64,000 bases of DNA from an uncultured Chloroflexia bacterium (GTDB lineage Bacteria > Chloroflexota > Chloroflexia > Thermomicrobiales > UBA6265). This document shows, piece after piece, positions 19,509 to 29,237 of this stretch. The notes under the pieces were generated by a model, which had not been told where the DNA came from, ran no database searches, and worked only from the letters and a program-made list of their open reading frames with translations. Within the stretch, counting starts at the first letter, position 1. Each line of letters starts with the position of its first letter. A program made the translations under genes and the position numbers. The stretch spans positions 352,001-416,000 of the forward strand of contig CAVRUC010000007.1 in NCBI GenBank assembly GCA_963724295.1. Direction: 5' to 3'.

Positions 19509-19537
19509 TTGACTCCGCGCCGAGATTTCTCTACAGT
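19509..19537 (+). promoter_or_regulatory. Putative sigma70 promoter of the rel operon
   Basis: TTGACT-17 bp-TACAGT. Confidence 0.6.
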
Positions 19538-19592
19538 TGCGACACTCGAGCGGCCAAGGAACGTGGAACGATCCCTGAAAGCACCATCTGCA

Positions 19593-21890
19593 ATGTCACC
19601 CAGACGCTCGCTTGCAGCGGAACAAGCGCCCGTCGATCCGCCGACGCTTACCATCCCGGACCCGGTGCCGGCGGCTGCGCGGGCAGAAGACGCGCTGCCA
19701 GCGGAGGTTTGCGCTGCGCTCAATACGCTCCTGGAGACGGTCGGTAAATCCGCTTCTCCCGCCAACGTCGAACTGGTTACCCGAGCCGCGCAGCTTGCTA
19801 TCGAGGCCCACAGCGGGGAAATGCGGCGGTCAGGCGAACCCTACGCCATGCACCCGATCGCCGTGGCGACGATTCTGGCCGGAATGCAACTCGACGCCGA
19901 GACGATCGCCGCGGGTTTACTCCACGACGTTATCGAGGACACGCCGATCACGCTGGAGCGGGTCGAGTCGGAATTCGGTGCGCGAGTGGCACGGCTGGTC
20001 GATGGAGTAACCAAACTCGGCCGCATACCGTGGACAGCCGACGATGGGGACGGACCTGGTTCCCGTGAGAACGCGCAACAGGCCGAGAACCTGCGCAAGA
20101 TGTTCCTGGCGATGGTGGACGACATCGGGGTCGTTCTCATCAAGCTGGCTGACCGGCTGCACAACATGCGCACCCTCGACGCGCTGCCGGCGGCCAAACA
20201 AACCCGCATCGCGCAGCAGACCCTGGAGATCTACGCGCCACTGGCGAACAGACTCGGCATCTGGCAGTTCAAATCCGAGCTCGAGGATCTTGCCTTCCGC
20301 GTCATCAATCCGGAGGCGTACAACGCGCTGACGCGTGAATTCGAAAAGCGCGCCCGCGAATCGGCCCCATTCATCGAAGAGGTCAAGGCCGAGCTGCTGG
20401 ACGCGCTGCAAGATGCCGGAATTGAAGCGGAGATCACCGGGCGCACGAAGCACATCTACTCGATCTACCGCAAGATGCTATCCAAGGGCCGGTCGCTCGA
20501 CGAGATCTATGACGTGAATGGCCTTCGCATTCTCGTGAATGACCGTCAGGACTGCTACGGCGCGCTCGGCGTCGTCCACGCGCGCTGGCACCCGCTTCCT
20601 GGCGAGTTCGACGACTACATCGCGACACCCAAGGACAGCATGTATCAGTCCCTGCACACGGCCGTCGTGGGCCCGGGTGGTCATGCGATCGAGATTCAGA
20701 TCCGCAGCTGGGAGATGCACCGCACGGCTGAGCATGGCGTGGCGGCCCACTGGCGCTACAAGGAAGGCAGTCGCGCCGACGCCCGCATCGAAGCCAAAGT
20801 GGCCTGGTTACGACAACTTATGGAGTGGCGTGACCAGGTCGCCGACGCCGAAGAGTTCGTCGAGTCGATGAAGTCCGACGTCTTCAAGGAGCAGATCTAC
20901 GTCTTTACACCGGCCGGAGACATCATCGAGCTGCCCGCCGGCGCGACACCCGTCGACTTTGCCTACCGCATTCACACCGAAGTGGGCCACCAGTGCGTTG
21001 GCGCCAAGGTCAACGATCAGCTCGTTCCGCTCGATTACCGCCTGCAAAACGGTCAGGTGGTGAGAATCCTGACCAGTCGCGCCAAGAGCGGACCAAATCG
21101 CGACTGGCTCCTGTCATCATCCGAATACGTCACGACCGCCTCCGCCCGGGACAAGATCCGGCGCTGGTTCCGCGGCCAGGAACGCGATGAGAACATCGCC
21201 CATGGCCGCGAAATCCTGGAACGAGAACTGCGCCGGCTCAGTGTCGAGCTCAAGCCGGATGACTTGCTGAAGGCATTCCCTCAATACCCGAAGTTTGACG
21301 ACCTGCTCGCCGCCATCGGATACGGTGCGATCTCCGCGCAACGCATCGCGGTCCGTCTCGCCCAGCACGGCGAACAGGAAGTCCTCATCCCAGCCACGAA
21401 TATCCAGGTCCCACGCACGCCGCCTCGCTTGCAAGTGATGGGGGTCGGCGACCTCTTGACAAACCTGGCGACGTGCTGCCGGCCGGTGAATGGCGATGCC
21501 ATCGTCGGGTTCGTCACACGCGGCAGGGGGATCACCGTCCACCGGGTGGACTGCCCGAACATGGTCAATGTGACCGAACCGGAGCGACTGGTGCCGGTCA
21601 CCTGGGGTGACCATGGGGAGGCGACCTTTCCCGTCACCATCCAGATCAAGGCGTGGGACCGGGTAGGTCTCCTCAAGGACGTCAGCACCCTGCTGGCCGA
21701 CGAGCGCGTCAATATCGTCAGCGTCCTGACCACGACGCACGACGACCGCACCGTGACGTTGTACGCCACGGTCGAGGTCGAAGGAATCGGTCAGCTGAGC
21801 ACGATCCTGCAAAAGCTCGAAGGCGTGCGCGAGGTCTACGAGGTGCGCCGGGAGACGAGTGCCGGTCCGGCTCGGTCTTCCTCACTCTAG
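19593..21890 (+). CDS. rel: Long RelA/SpoT homolog, (p)ppGpp synthetase/hydrolase
   Basis: HD domain (SGEPY..HP, LHDVIED, KLADRLHNMRTL), synthetase (YQSLHT, EIQIR, AAHWRYKE), TGS, CC and ACT domains; start estimated. Confidence 0.96.
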   Translation: MSPRRSLAAEQAPVDPPTLTIPDPVPAAARAEDALPAEVCAALNTLLETVGKSASPANVELVTRAAQLAIEAHSGEMRRSGEPYAMHPIAVATILAGMQLDAETIAAGLLHDVIEDTPITLERVESEFGARVARLVDGVTKLGRIPWTADDGDGPGSRENAQQAENLRKMFLAMVDDIGVVLIKLADRLHNMRTLDALPAAKQTRIAQQTLEIYAPLANRLGIWQFKSELEDLAFRVINPEAYNALTREFEKRARESAPFIEEVKAELLDALQDAGIEAEITGRTKHIYSIYRKMLSKGRSLDEIYDVNGLRILVNDRQDCYGALGVVHARWHPLPGEFDDYIATPKDSMYQSLHTAVVGPGGHAIEIQIRSWEMHRTAEHGVAAHWRYKEGSRADARIEAKVAWLRQLMEWRDQVADAEEFVESMKSDVFKEQIYVFTPAGDIIELPAGATPVDFAYRIHTEVGHQCVGAKVNDQLVPLDYRLQNGQVVRILTSRAKSGPNRDWLLSSSEYVTTASARDKIRRWFRGQERDENIAHGREILERELRRLSVELKPDDLLKAFPQYPKFDDLLAAIGYGAISAQRIAVRLAQHGEQEVLIPATNIQVPRTPPRLQVMGVGDLLTNLATCCRPVNGDAIVGFVTRGRGITVHRVDCPNMVNVTEPERLVPVTWGDHGEATFPVTIQIKAWDRVGLLKDVSTLLADERVNIVSVLTTTHDDRTVTLYATVEVEGIGQLSTILQKLEGVREVYEVRRETSAGPARSSSL

Positions 21891-21893
21891 CTC

Positions 21894-22859
21894 ATGGACC
21901 CCGCTGAGCCGGCGAACGCCGGCCAAATCCTGGCGATGGGAGAAGCTCTCGTCGATTTCATCGTCGCGGACGGAGCGCCCACCCTCGAATCGGCGGAGAC
22001 GTTCGTCTCGCGATCCGGCGGCGCCCCCGCCAACGCGTCGGTCGCGATGGCGCGGCTCGGACTAGACAGCGCGTTTTGCGGTGTTGTCGGCGCTGACCAG
22101 TTCGGTTCCAGGCTTCAAGCGGAGCTCGCCGCCGAGGGCGTCGATACGTCGCGTCTGCGGCAGAGCGGGGAGGCCGCCACGACCCTGGCTTTTGCCTGGA
22201 AGGACCCCGGTGGGGATGGTCACTTCTGGCTCTTGCGCGGCGCGGACGCGCTGCTAGCCGAAGCCGATGCGAGTGCCGCGGGCATCGCCAGCCTGCGTGC
22301 GATGGTTGTCGGCTCGGTCGCGCTATCCGCGGAACCGGCGCGCAGCGCGATCGAGGGGGCTGTCGGTCTTGCGCATCAGGCCGGCGTACCCGTCGTCTTC
22401 GATGTCAACCTCAGGCCGACCCTATGGTCTGATCTGACCAGCGCACGTCCCGCATGCGAAGAGGTGGCCCGGCGCAGCCGTCTGGTCAAGCTCAGCCTCG
22501 ACGACGCGAACGGTCTCTACGGTCCACGCATCGCGCCCGAAGCCGCAATCCAGACCGTCCTTTCCCTGGGATCGCGCGCGGTTGTGCTCACCGACGGCGA
22601 GCGTGGCTGCTGGTTCAGCTCTGGTTCGGCGGTCGCTTTCGTACCGGCGTTTCGCGTCGACGCTGTTGAGCCGACCGGCGCCGGAGACGCGTTCACCGCG
22701 GCGATCGTCGCGCGGTCGCTGGCCTCGGGATGGGCTCCCCTCTCGGTAGAGGACGTGCGATATGCCGCCGCCGCGGGGGCGCTGGCGACTACGCGACCGG
22801 GGGCCTGGGACGGGCTACCGAATCGAGCCCAGCTCGATGCGTTTCTCGCTCGCCAGTGA
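21894..22859 (+). CDS. PfkB-family carbohydrate kinase
   Basis: GEALVDF, GGAPANAS, FDVNLRPTLW, PTGAGDAF. Confidence 0.92.
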   Translation: MDPAEPANAGQILAMGEALVDFIVADGAPTLESAETFVSRSGGAPANASVAMARLGLDSAFCGVVGADQFGSRLQAELAAEGVDTSRLRQSGEAATTLAFAWKDPGGDGHFWLLRGADALLAEADASAAGIASLRAMVVGSVALSAEPARSAIEGAVGLAHQAGVPVVFDVNLRPTLWSDLTSARPACEEVARRSRLVKLSLDDANGLYGPRIAPEAAIQTVLSLGSRAVVLTDGERGCWFSSGSAVAFVPAFRVDAVEPTGAGDAFTAAIVARSLASGWAPLSVEDVRYAAAAGALATTRPGAWDGLPNRAQLDAFLARQ

Positions 22860-22916
22860 GAGTTCGGTCGCGGCGACGATGACGAAATCCCGCATCACGA
22901 TTCGGCGGACTTGCTG

Positions 22917-23729
22917 ATGCCGTCACCCTCTGATCCGATCGCGTTCTCTCTCTTTGGTCTCGACGTCCGCTGGTACGCCTTGTTCATGCTCGCGGCTGTC
23001 GTCGCGGGAGTATTTCTGGCTCGCTGGCTTGCCAGCCGGATCGGACTGGATCCCGACTGGGTGATCGACGCTGCTCCCTGGGTAGTGCTGTTCTCGATCG
23101 TGGGAGCCCGAGCCTATTATGTCGCGCTACGTGCTGATCACTTCGTCTCACAACCGGTAGAGGCGATCAATATTCGACTCGGTGGACTGTCGTTCCATGG
23201 CGCGCTCATCGCGGGCACCCTCGCCTTCGCAATTCTGTGCCGCCGCGCGCGCCAGCCGTTCTTCTGGTGGACCGATGCGGTCGTTCCGGCCGTGGCGCTG
23301 GCTCAGGCCATCGGTCGCTGGGGCAATTGGGCCAATCAAGAAGCGTTCGGGACACCGACCACGGTTCCCTGGGGTCTCTGGATCGATCCCGGTCGACGGC
23401 CGGCGGAGTTCGCCAGCGTCGAGCGGTTTCATCCCACATTTCTCTATGAGTCGCTGTTCAATCTGGCGAACGCGGCTCTGCTGTCCTGGGTCGCGCTGCG
23501 CATACCTGGATCCGCGCGCCTTCGTCACGGCGACGTTCTCGCCATCTATCTGGTCAACTACGGCGTCGCGAGATTCTTGATCGAGCGGATTCGCACGGAT
23601 AGTCTCTATCTCGGTCCGTTTCCCGCCGCGTTCTGGTTGAGCTGGGGACTTGCCGCGGTTGGCCTTGCCCTATGGATGTTCCTGCGGCGAGCACGATCGC
23701 CGCAGACCGATCCGCGCCCAAGATTCTGA
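22917..23729 (+). CDS. lgt: Prolipoprotein diacylglyceryl transferase
   Basis: VRWYAL, GLSFHGAL, QAIGRWGNWANQEAFG, HPTFLYES, RFLIERIR. Confidence 0.95.
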   Translation: MPSPSDPIAFSLFGLDVRWYALFMLAAVVAGVFLARWLASRIGLDPDWVIDAAPWVVLFSIVGARAYYVALRADHFVSQPVEAINIRLGGLSFHGALIAGTLAFAILCRRARQPFFWWTDAVVPAVALAQAIGRWGNWANQEAFGTPTTVPWGLWIDPGRRPAEFASVERFHPTFLYESLFNLANAALLSWVALRIPGSARLRHGDVLAIYLVNYGVARFLIERIRTDSLYLGPFPAAFWLSWGLAAVGLALWMFLRRARSPQTDPRPRF

Positions 23730-23744
23730 GAAATCGCACTCTGA

Positions 23745-23773
23745 TTGACACGCCGCGTGCGTCTTGCTAACCT
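23745..23773 (+). promoter_or_regulatory. Putative sigma70 promoter of the cytochrome c gene
   Basis: TTGACA-17 bp-TAACCT with extended -10 TG. Confidence 0.65.
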
Positions 23774-23850
23774 CGCGCGACCCTGAATGCCGCCTCGCAA
23801 TGACGGCAACCGAAAGTGGCGGCTCCACGTCCGCGGGCACTCGAGACGGG

Positions 23851-24360
23851 ATGGTGGCTGTGCATCGACGCTTTGTGCTCTTGGTCTCACTGATCACTGT
23901 TGCCCTGGGGGCTGCCGCCTGTGGCCGGGCCACTGAAGATCAGATCAATCAAGCGTTAGGCATTACACCGACCGCAACACAAAGCGCCGAGCAGATCGCC
24001 GCCGCGACGGAGGCCGCCAGCGCGACCGCCGCGGCCCGGCGACTCGCCGCCAGCTCGCCCGGAGCGGCCGGGGCGGCCGGGGCGGCCGGGGCGGCCGTAC
24101 TGGGCGACGTCACTCAAGGAAGTCGTCAGTTCCAGACCTGGTGCAGCGGCTGTCATGGGCCGGGAGGCCAGGGACCCGACATTCGATCGCCGGGTAGTCC
24201 CGGGGAGTCAGTCACGGCCGAGTCCCTGTTGGCACTCGTGCGCGAGGGCGTCGGCCATCCGGCACCGCCCGATCCACCGGGCGTCTATCGGACGACCGAG
24301 ATCACCGACAAGCAGGTTGCCGATCTCGCCGCGTACCTGCGAGATCAATCGACTGAATAG
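23851..24360 (+). CDS. Monoheme c-type cytochrome lipoprotein
   Basis: Signal peptide ending AAA-C, Ala-rich linker, CSGCH heme motif, C-terminal helix DKQVADLAAYL. Confidence 0.8.
   Translation: MVAVHRRFVLLVSLITVALGAAACGRATEDQINQALGITPTATQSAEQIAAATEAASATAAARRLAASSPGAAGAAGAAGAAVLGDVTQGSRQFQTWCSGCHGPGGQGPDIRSPGSPGESVTAESLLALVREGVGHPAPPDPPGVYRTTEITDKQVADLAAYLRDQSTE
24061..24096 (+). repeat. In-frame 9-bp tandem repeat, four copies (GG[A/G]GCGGCC), encoding (Gly-Ala-Ala)4
   Basis: ggagcggcc ggggcggcc ggggcggcc ggggcggcc read directly. Confidence 0.85.
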
Positions 24361-24393
24361 CTTCGGACGAGCTGGGGAGTGGAATGCGTTTGT

Positions 24394-25866
24394 CTAGCCG
24401 GCGTGACCCATCACGAGCGATTCCTTGATGGCAAGGACCTGCGCCCGCAATGACGCATCGGACCCAAGGGATCGCTCAATCTGCTTGATGCCGTGCAAAA
24501 CCGTTGTGTGATCGCGTCCACCCAGCTCGCTACCAATCTCGAGCAGTGAAGCGTCTGTCTCAACCCGCAAGAGATACATCGCCACCTGTCGGGGCAGCAC
24601 GATGTCCTTGGTACGCGACCTGCCGGCCAACTCGCGACGTCCGACACCGAAGTGACGCAATACCGCGCCCACCACCTCATCACGCGTCGCCCTGGTGCGC
24701 CGCGCCGGGCCGCCGTCGAGGAGTGCTTCCATGGCCAGCTCGAGCGTCATCGGTTCGCCGGTCAATTGCGACCTGGCGACCACCGTGTTGAGCGCACCCT
24801 CCAGCTCGCGGATGTTCTTCTGGTCCTTCTGGGCGATGTACTCCGCCACATCGGCCGGAAGGTCGAGCTTCAATTCCTCCGCCTTGATGCGCAGAATGGC
24901 GATGCGCATCTCGTAGTCCGGCAGCTGCACATCGGCGATCAAACCGCCCTCGAAGCGCGACCGCAGCCGCTCTTCGAGAGCCGAAATAGCCTTCGGCGGC
25001 TTGTCACTGGAAATGATCACCTGCTTGCCGCTTTGATAGAGCGAGTTGAAGGTGTGGAAAAACTCCTCCTGCGTGCTCTCCTTGCCGGCGATGAACTGAA
25101 TGTCGTCGATCATCAAGATGTCGGTTTCCCGATATCGAGCTCGAAAGTCATCGGTTCGCTGCTGCCGGATCGAGGCGATGAGATCGTTCGTAAACTTTTC
25201 CGACGTCACATACGAAACTTGCAGAACCGGAGAGAGCTCGAGTGCGCGGTGACCGATGGCGTGCAGAAGATGCGTCTTGCCAAGACCCACGCCGCCGTAG
25301 ATGAAGAGCGGATTGAACTTTCCGCCGGGATGTTCCGCAACCGAGACCGAGGCCGCGTGTGTAAACCGGTTCGCGGAACCGACGACATAGGTGCGAAAGA
25401 CGTACTTTGGATTCAGCCCGTGACCGCGCGCCGGCGCCAGAACCATTTGTTTCGGCCGGTCATCCGTCAAAGCCGAGCCAGTTCGCATCGGCTGCGAGCG
25501 AGCTCTCTGACCAGGCCCCTGCCGATCCCATCCGTTGTCAGGTGTTCGGCCCCGCTCCGCGGCGGACCCTTCGCTCTGCACCGGGTTCGACCCGCTTTCG
25601 GCCTTGAACGAGGCGGTCACCGGGCGGCCAACCCGTTCCGACAGTGAACGCTCGACGTCTCGACCGAACCTGCGCTGGAGCGTTTCCGCGGTCACGCGAT
25701 CGCCGACCTCCACCGTCGCCACGTCCGCCGCGAAATCAGAAAGCCGGGTGTTTCGCAACCACTCGAACGCGGCAGGTGGCACGGTCTGCTGAAGGTCGGC
25801 CAGGACAGCACGCCACAGCAGGCGGGCATCGACCTGAACCTGTGTGCTCGGGTCGCCTCGATTCAC
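24394..25866 (-). CDS. dnaA: Chromosomal replication initiator
   Basis: LNPKYVF, NPLFIYGGVGLGKTHL, IDDIQF, QEEFFHTFN, RLRSRF, NIRELEGAL, GGRDHTTV. Confidence 0.97.
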   Translation of the reverse strand: MNRGDPSTQVQVDARLLWRAVLADLQQTVPPAAFEWLRNTRLSDFAADVATVEVGDRVTAETLQRRFGRDVERSLSERVGRPVTASFKAESGSNPVQSEGSAAERGRTPDNGWDRQGPGQRARSQPMRTGSALTDDRPKQMVLAPARGHGLNPKYVFRTYVVGSANRFTHAASVSVAEHPGGKFNPLFIYGGVGLGKTHLLHAIGHRALELSPVLQVSYVTSEKFTNDLIASIRQQRTDDFRARYRETDILMIDDIQFIAGKESTQEEFFHTFNSLYQSGKQVIISSDKPPKAISALEERLRSRFEGGLIADVQLPDYEMRIAILRIKAEELKLDLPADVAEYIAQKDQKNIRELEGALNTVVARSQLTGEPMTLELAMEALLDGGPARRTRATRDEVVGAVLRHFGVGRRELAGRSRTKDIVLPRQVAMYLLRVETDASLLEIGSELGGRDHTTVLHGIKQIERSLGSDASLRAQVLAIKESLVMGHAG

Positions 25867-26050
25867 GCAGCATCCCCCATGGTGTTCGTGCGATATGTAC
25901 GGACACCTCCGGCGATCGTAGCACCGCCTGAACCTGGATGCAACCGCGGCTCACTCCCGCCGCCCCGAGTGCCATGCCGCGGTGGTTCGCGTAGAGTTCG
26001 GTCAGGACGACGGCAGTGAGCGTGATCGCAACCCGAGAGGAGAACCGAGC

Positions 26051-27568
26051 GTGGAGTTGAACCTCGAATCTGGACTACCGGCCGAAGCGACGGCGGACGC
26101 TTTGATCGTTCCGGTCGGTTCCGACGGCAACGCACCGGCATGGTCGCCGTTGGCGAACGAGCTGGACGCGACGCTCTCAGGCGAGCTATTGAATCTGGCG
26201 GCCGACGCGCGCTTCAGCGGCAAGGCTGCGACGACACTGGTCGTCCCCACCCTTGGGCGGATTGCGAGCCGCCGCATTATTTTCGCTGGCCTCGGGCCGG
26301 CTGAGAAGCTGGGGGAGGCGACAGTCACGCGCATGGCGGGCGCCGCGGCTCGCGCCGCTCGCGATGCCGGAGCACGCCGCGTCGCCTTTGCGCTCCCCGA
26401 TGCCGCGACCGGGTTTGACCATCGGACTGCATTGCAGGCGGCAGCGGTCGGGGTGTCGCTCGCGCTGTATCGATTCGATCACTACCGAGGAGAGGCAGCC
26501 CCTGAGCCGGCAAACGGTCGGGACGTTGAATTGGTGCAATTCCTGAGCAGTGAGATATCGAGGGCCGACTCTGAACTCGCGATGAGACGCGCGAGTGCTG
26601 TGGCCTGCGGCGTCAACCTGGCCCGCGACCTGGTCAACGAACCGGCATCGACGCTGACTCCGCAGGAGTTTGCCAACCGTGCCGAGGCAGTCGCGCAGGA
26701 GGCCGATCTCGAGATCGAAGTGCTGGGTCCGGCGGAGCTGGCCGCAATAGGCGCCGCCGCCACCGTTGCGGTCGGGGGAGGCAGCGTGAACCCGCCGCGT
26801 CTCATCCGGTTGCGCTATCAGCCGACTGGAAATGCAAGCGGGTCACAAGTCGTCGGTCTGGTCGGCAAGGCGATCACGTTCGACACCGGTGGCTACTCGA
26901 TCAAGCCGTATGAGGGCATGCTCGAGATGAAGGGCGACATGGCCGGTGGAGCTGCCGTTCTCGGCGCCATGTCGGCCTTGCGTGATCTCGGTTGCACGAT
27001 TCCAGTAGAGGCGACGATCTGCGCCGCCGAAAACATGATCTCCGGGACAGCCTTCCGCCCCGGCGACGTGATCAAAGGGATGAACGGCGTCACGATGGAA
27101 ATTCTCTCGACTGACGCCGAAGGCAGACTGGTTCTCGCCGACGGGCTTGTCGATACCGCCCGTCGCGGCGCGACGGAACTCATCGACCTGGCGACCCTCA
27201 CCGGAGCGGCAGTCGTGGCGCTCGGCGACGGCACGACCGCGCTCTTCGCGACCGACGATCGCCTTGCCGACAGGCTGCTCGATTCCGCGGACAGCACCGG
27301 CGAGCGAATGTGGCGCATGCCCCTGATCGACGAGCTGGAGCGCAAGATCGAAGGCGATGTCGCCGACATCAAGAACTCCGGCGGTCGGTCCGGCGGCGCG
27401 ATCACGGCGGCGCTGTTTCTGAAGCATTTCAGCGAGGGACTGCCGTGGGCACACCTCGACATCGCGGGATCCTCACGCCAGGAGAAAGCGACTGCGATCG
27501 GTCCGAAAGGCGCCACCGGCGTCGGCGTTCGGACGTTGCTCCGTTATCTCACAGCCAGCGAGGCGTGA
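26051..27568 (+). CDS. pepA: Leucyl aminopeptidase (M17)
   Basis: GKAITFDTGG, MKGDMAG, TDAEGRLVLAD, DLATLTGA, WAHLDIAG; GAGGAG SD before GTG 26051. Confidence 0.95.
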   Translation: MELNLESGLPAEATADALIVPVGSDGNAPAWSPLANELDATLSGELLNLAADARFSGKAATTLVVPTLGRIASRRIIFAGLGPAEKLGEATVTRMAGAAARAARDAGARRVAFALPDAATGFDHRTALQAAAVGVSLALYRFDHYRGEAAPEPANGRDVELVQFLSSEISRADSELAMRRASAVACGVNLARDLVNEPASTLTPQEFANRAEAVAQEADLEIEVLGPAELAAIGAAATVAVGGGSVNPPRLIRLRYQPTGNASGSQVVGLVGKAITFDTGGYSIKPYEGMLEMKGDMAGGAAVLGAMSALRDLGCTIPVEATICAAENMISGTAFRPGDVIKGMNGVTMEILSTDAEGRLVLADGLVDTARRGATELIDLATLTGAAVVALGDGTTALFATDDRLADRLLDSADSTGERMWRMPLIDELERKIEGDVADIKNSGGRSGGAITAALFLKHFSEGLPWAHLDIAGSSRQEKATAIGPKGATGVGVRTLLRYLTASEA

Positions 27569-27596
27569 CGGCGCCGCGGCGCGCTCATCGACGGGC

Positions 27597-28487
27597 TCAA
27601 AGTTCGGCGCGGAAGATGATCCAGGCGCTAGGCAGCGTCAAGAGGATGGTCAGGATCATGACGATGGCGAATGATGTCCGCTCTTGCCGGTAGCCGCTCC
27701 TGGTGAAGTCAATCGTCATGATGCGGATGCCGTTAAGGGTGTGATACACGACCGCACCGACGAGCAGGATCTCCATCGGCAGCAGAACCGGCCGGGCATA
27801 GAACTCCACTGAGGCATCGTAGATGGCGCTGCCGAGCCCGATCAGCGAAATATCGATGATGTGCACGAGCAGGAAGAAGAGGATTCCGATACCGGTTGCT
27901 CGATGCAAGGCCCACGCATATTGCCCGGTTCCGCCGCTGTAGATCGGCGCCCTGCCCAGTACCAGCGAACGAAGTCCCCACAGGGCAAGCAGCGCAATTG
28001 ACACGTAGGTCACTACCGCGAAGACATAGAGTGACAAGCCGATTGCCTCGGCGATCCACATGGCGTCCGCGAGCGGGCCACTGTTTGCGGCGGCAGCTTC
28101 GGCGTCGAAGGCGAAGACGCTCACCGTGCCGAGCGCGAGAAATACGAAGCCAATAATCCACATCAACCCTTGCGCAACCGTGCGCACCATCGGCGCGCGA
28201 AGGTAGTCCTGGATCGAGTAGCGAAGTCCGAGAACGCCGTGCCACAGCGCCGCCATGAGCAGGAGCCAGTCAAACGTCCTCCAGTAGGGATTGGCCCAGC
28301 GAGCGGTGACGAACCCGAACGTCGTTTGCGACGGAACGTTCAGGTAGTGCGTGATGACAATGTGACCGCCGGCCAGAATGATGAGGGCCGCGCCCGAGAG
28401 TCGCATGAAGTACCAGATGAGCCGGTCGGCCCCTGGCACCGTGATTCCCGCACTACCAACTGGACGACTTCCCGTCGCAGACGCCAC
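27597..28487 (-). CDS. Fused succinate dehydrogenase membrane anchor: SdhD-like + linker TM + SdhC-like (cytochrome b556)
   Basis: N-half WYFMRLSG..GH..WRTFDWLLL..WHGVLGLR..IQDY; C-half YSGGTGQYAWALHRATG..VHIID..YHTLNGIR..IDF. Confidence 0.85.
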   Translation of the reverse strand: MASATGSRPVGSAGITVPGADRLIWYFMRLSGAALIILAGGHIVITHYLNVPSQTTFGFVTARWANPYWRTFDWLLLMAALWHGVLGLRYSIQDYLRAPMVRTVAQGLMWIIGFVFLALGTVSVFAFDAEAAAANSGPLADAMWIAEAIGLSLYVFAVVTYVSIALLALWGLRSLVLGRAPIYSGGTGQYAWALHRATGIGILFFLLVHIIDISLIGLGSAIYDASVEFYARPVLLPMEILLVGAVVYHTLNGIRIMTIDFTRSGYRQERTSFAIVMILTILLTLPSAWIIFRAEL

Positions 28488-28600
28488 CAAGCCGACCTTT
28501 CGCTCATTGCGACAGGCACCGCTGTCAGCGGTCCCCACTGCCCGCTATTGTACGCAGCGGTTCATGTCCAACCGCGCTGCGATCGTTGCCACCAGGCTCA

Positions 28601-29140
28601 TCAGGTCGCCTCGTTCGCGGGGAGAGTTGCCGGGGTCTCCCCGTCACGACTCCAGCGCCCGGAGCGGCCTCCGACCTTTGACTCCAGCTGAATCTCGTGG
28701 ATCGTCATTCCGCGATCAACCGCCTTGAGCATGTCGTAGATCGTCAGCGCGGACGTCGCGACCGCGGTAAGCGCCTCCATCTCGACGCCGGTGCGGCCGC
28801 GCGTCGCCACTGTTGCCTCGATGCGAACCTCGTCCTGCCTCAGCTCGAAGGTGACATCGATTCGGGTCAGCATCAGTGGGTGGCACATGGGGATCAGATC
28901 GGCTGTCCTCTTGGCGCCCATCACCGCAGCAATCTGGGCCACAGCAAGGACGTCCCCTTTCGCGGCACGGCCAGTACGGATCAGCTCGATCGTCGCGGCG
29001 GACATGCGCACGCGGCCGGATGCAACGGCTACCCGTTCCGTCTCCGGTTTCTCGCCGACGTCAACCATGCGCGCCCTGCCGGCTCTATCGAAATGCGTCA
29101 GGGTCGCCCGACCTGCTGCTTGGGACTCTTGCCTGGGCAT
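28601..29140 (-). CDS. moaC: Cyclic pyranopterin monophosphate synthase
   Basis: [50 protein letters not shown]. Confidence 0.96.
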   Translation of the reverse strand: MPRQESQAAGRATLTHFDRAGRARMVDVGEKPETERVAVASGRVRMSAATIELIRTGRAAKGDVLAVAQIAAVMGAKRTADLIPMCHPLMLTRIDVTFELRQDEVRIEATVATRGRTGVEMEALTAVATSALTIYDMLKAVDRGMTIHEIQLESKVGGRSGRWSRDGETPATLPANEAT

Positions 29141-29237
29141 CAAGCACTCTCCTTCGTTCTTATTGCCTGAGCTTGCCTGCATCCCCCATCCTTGGCGAGA
29201 TACGGCAATCGAACGACCAACGCGGAGGACGGCAACC

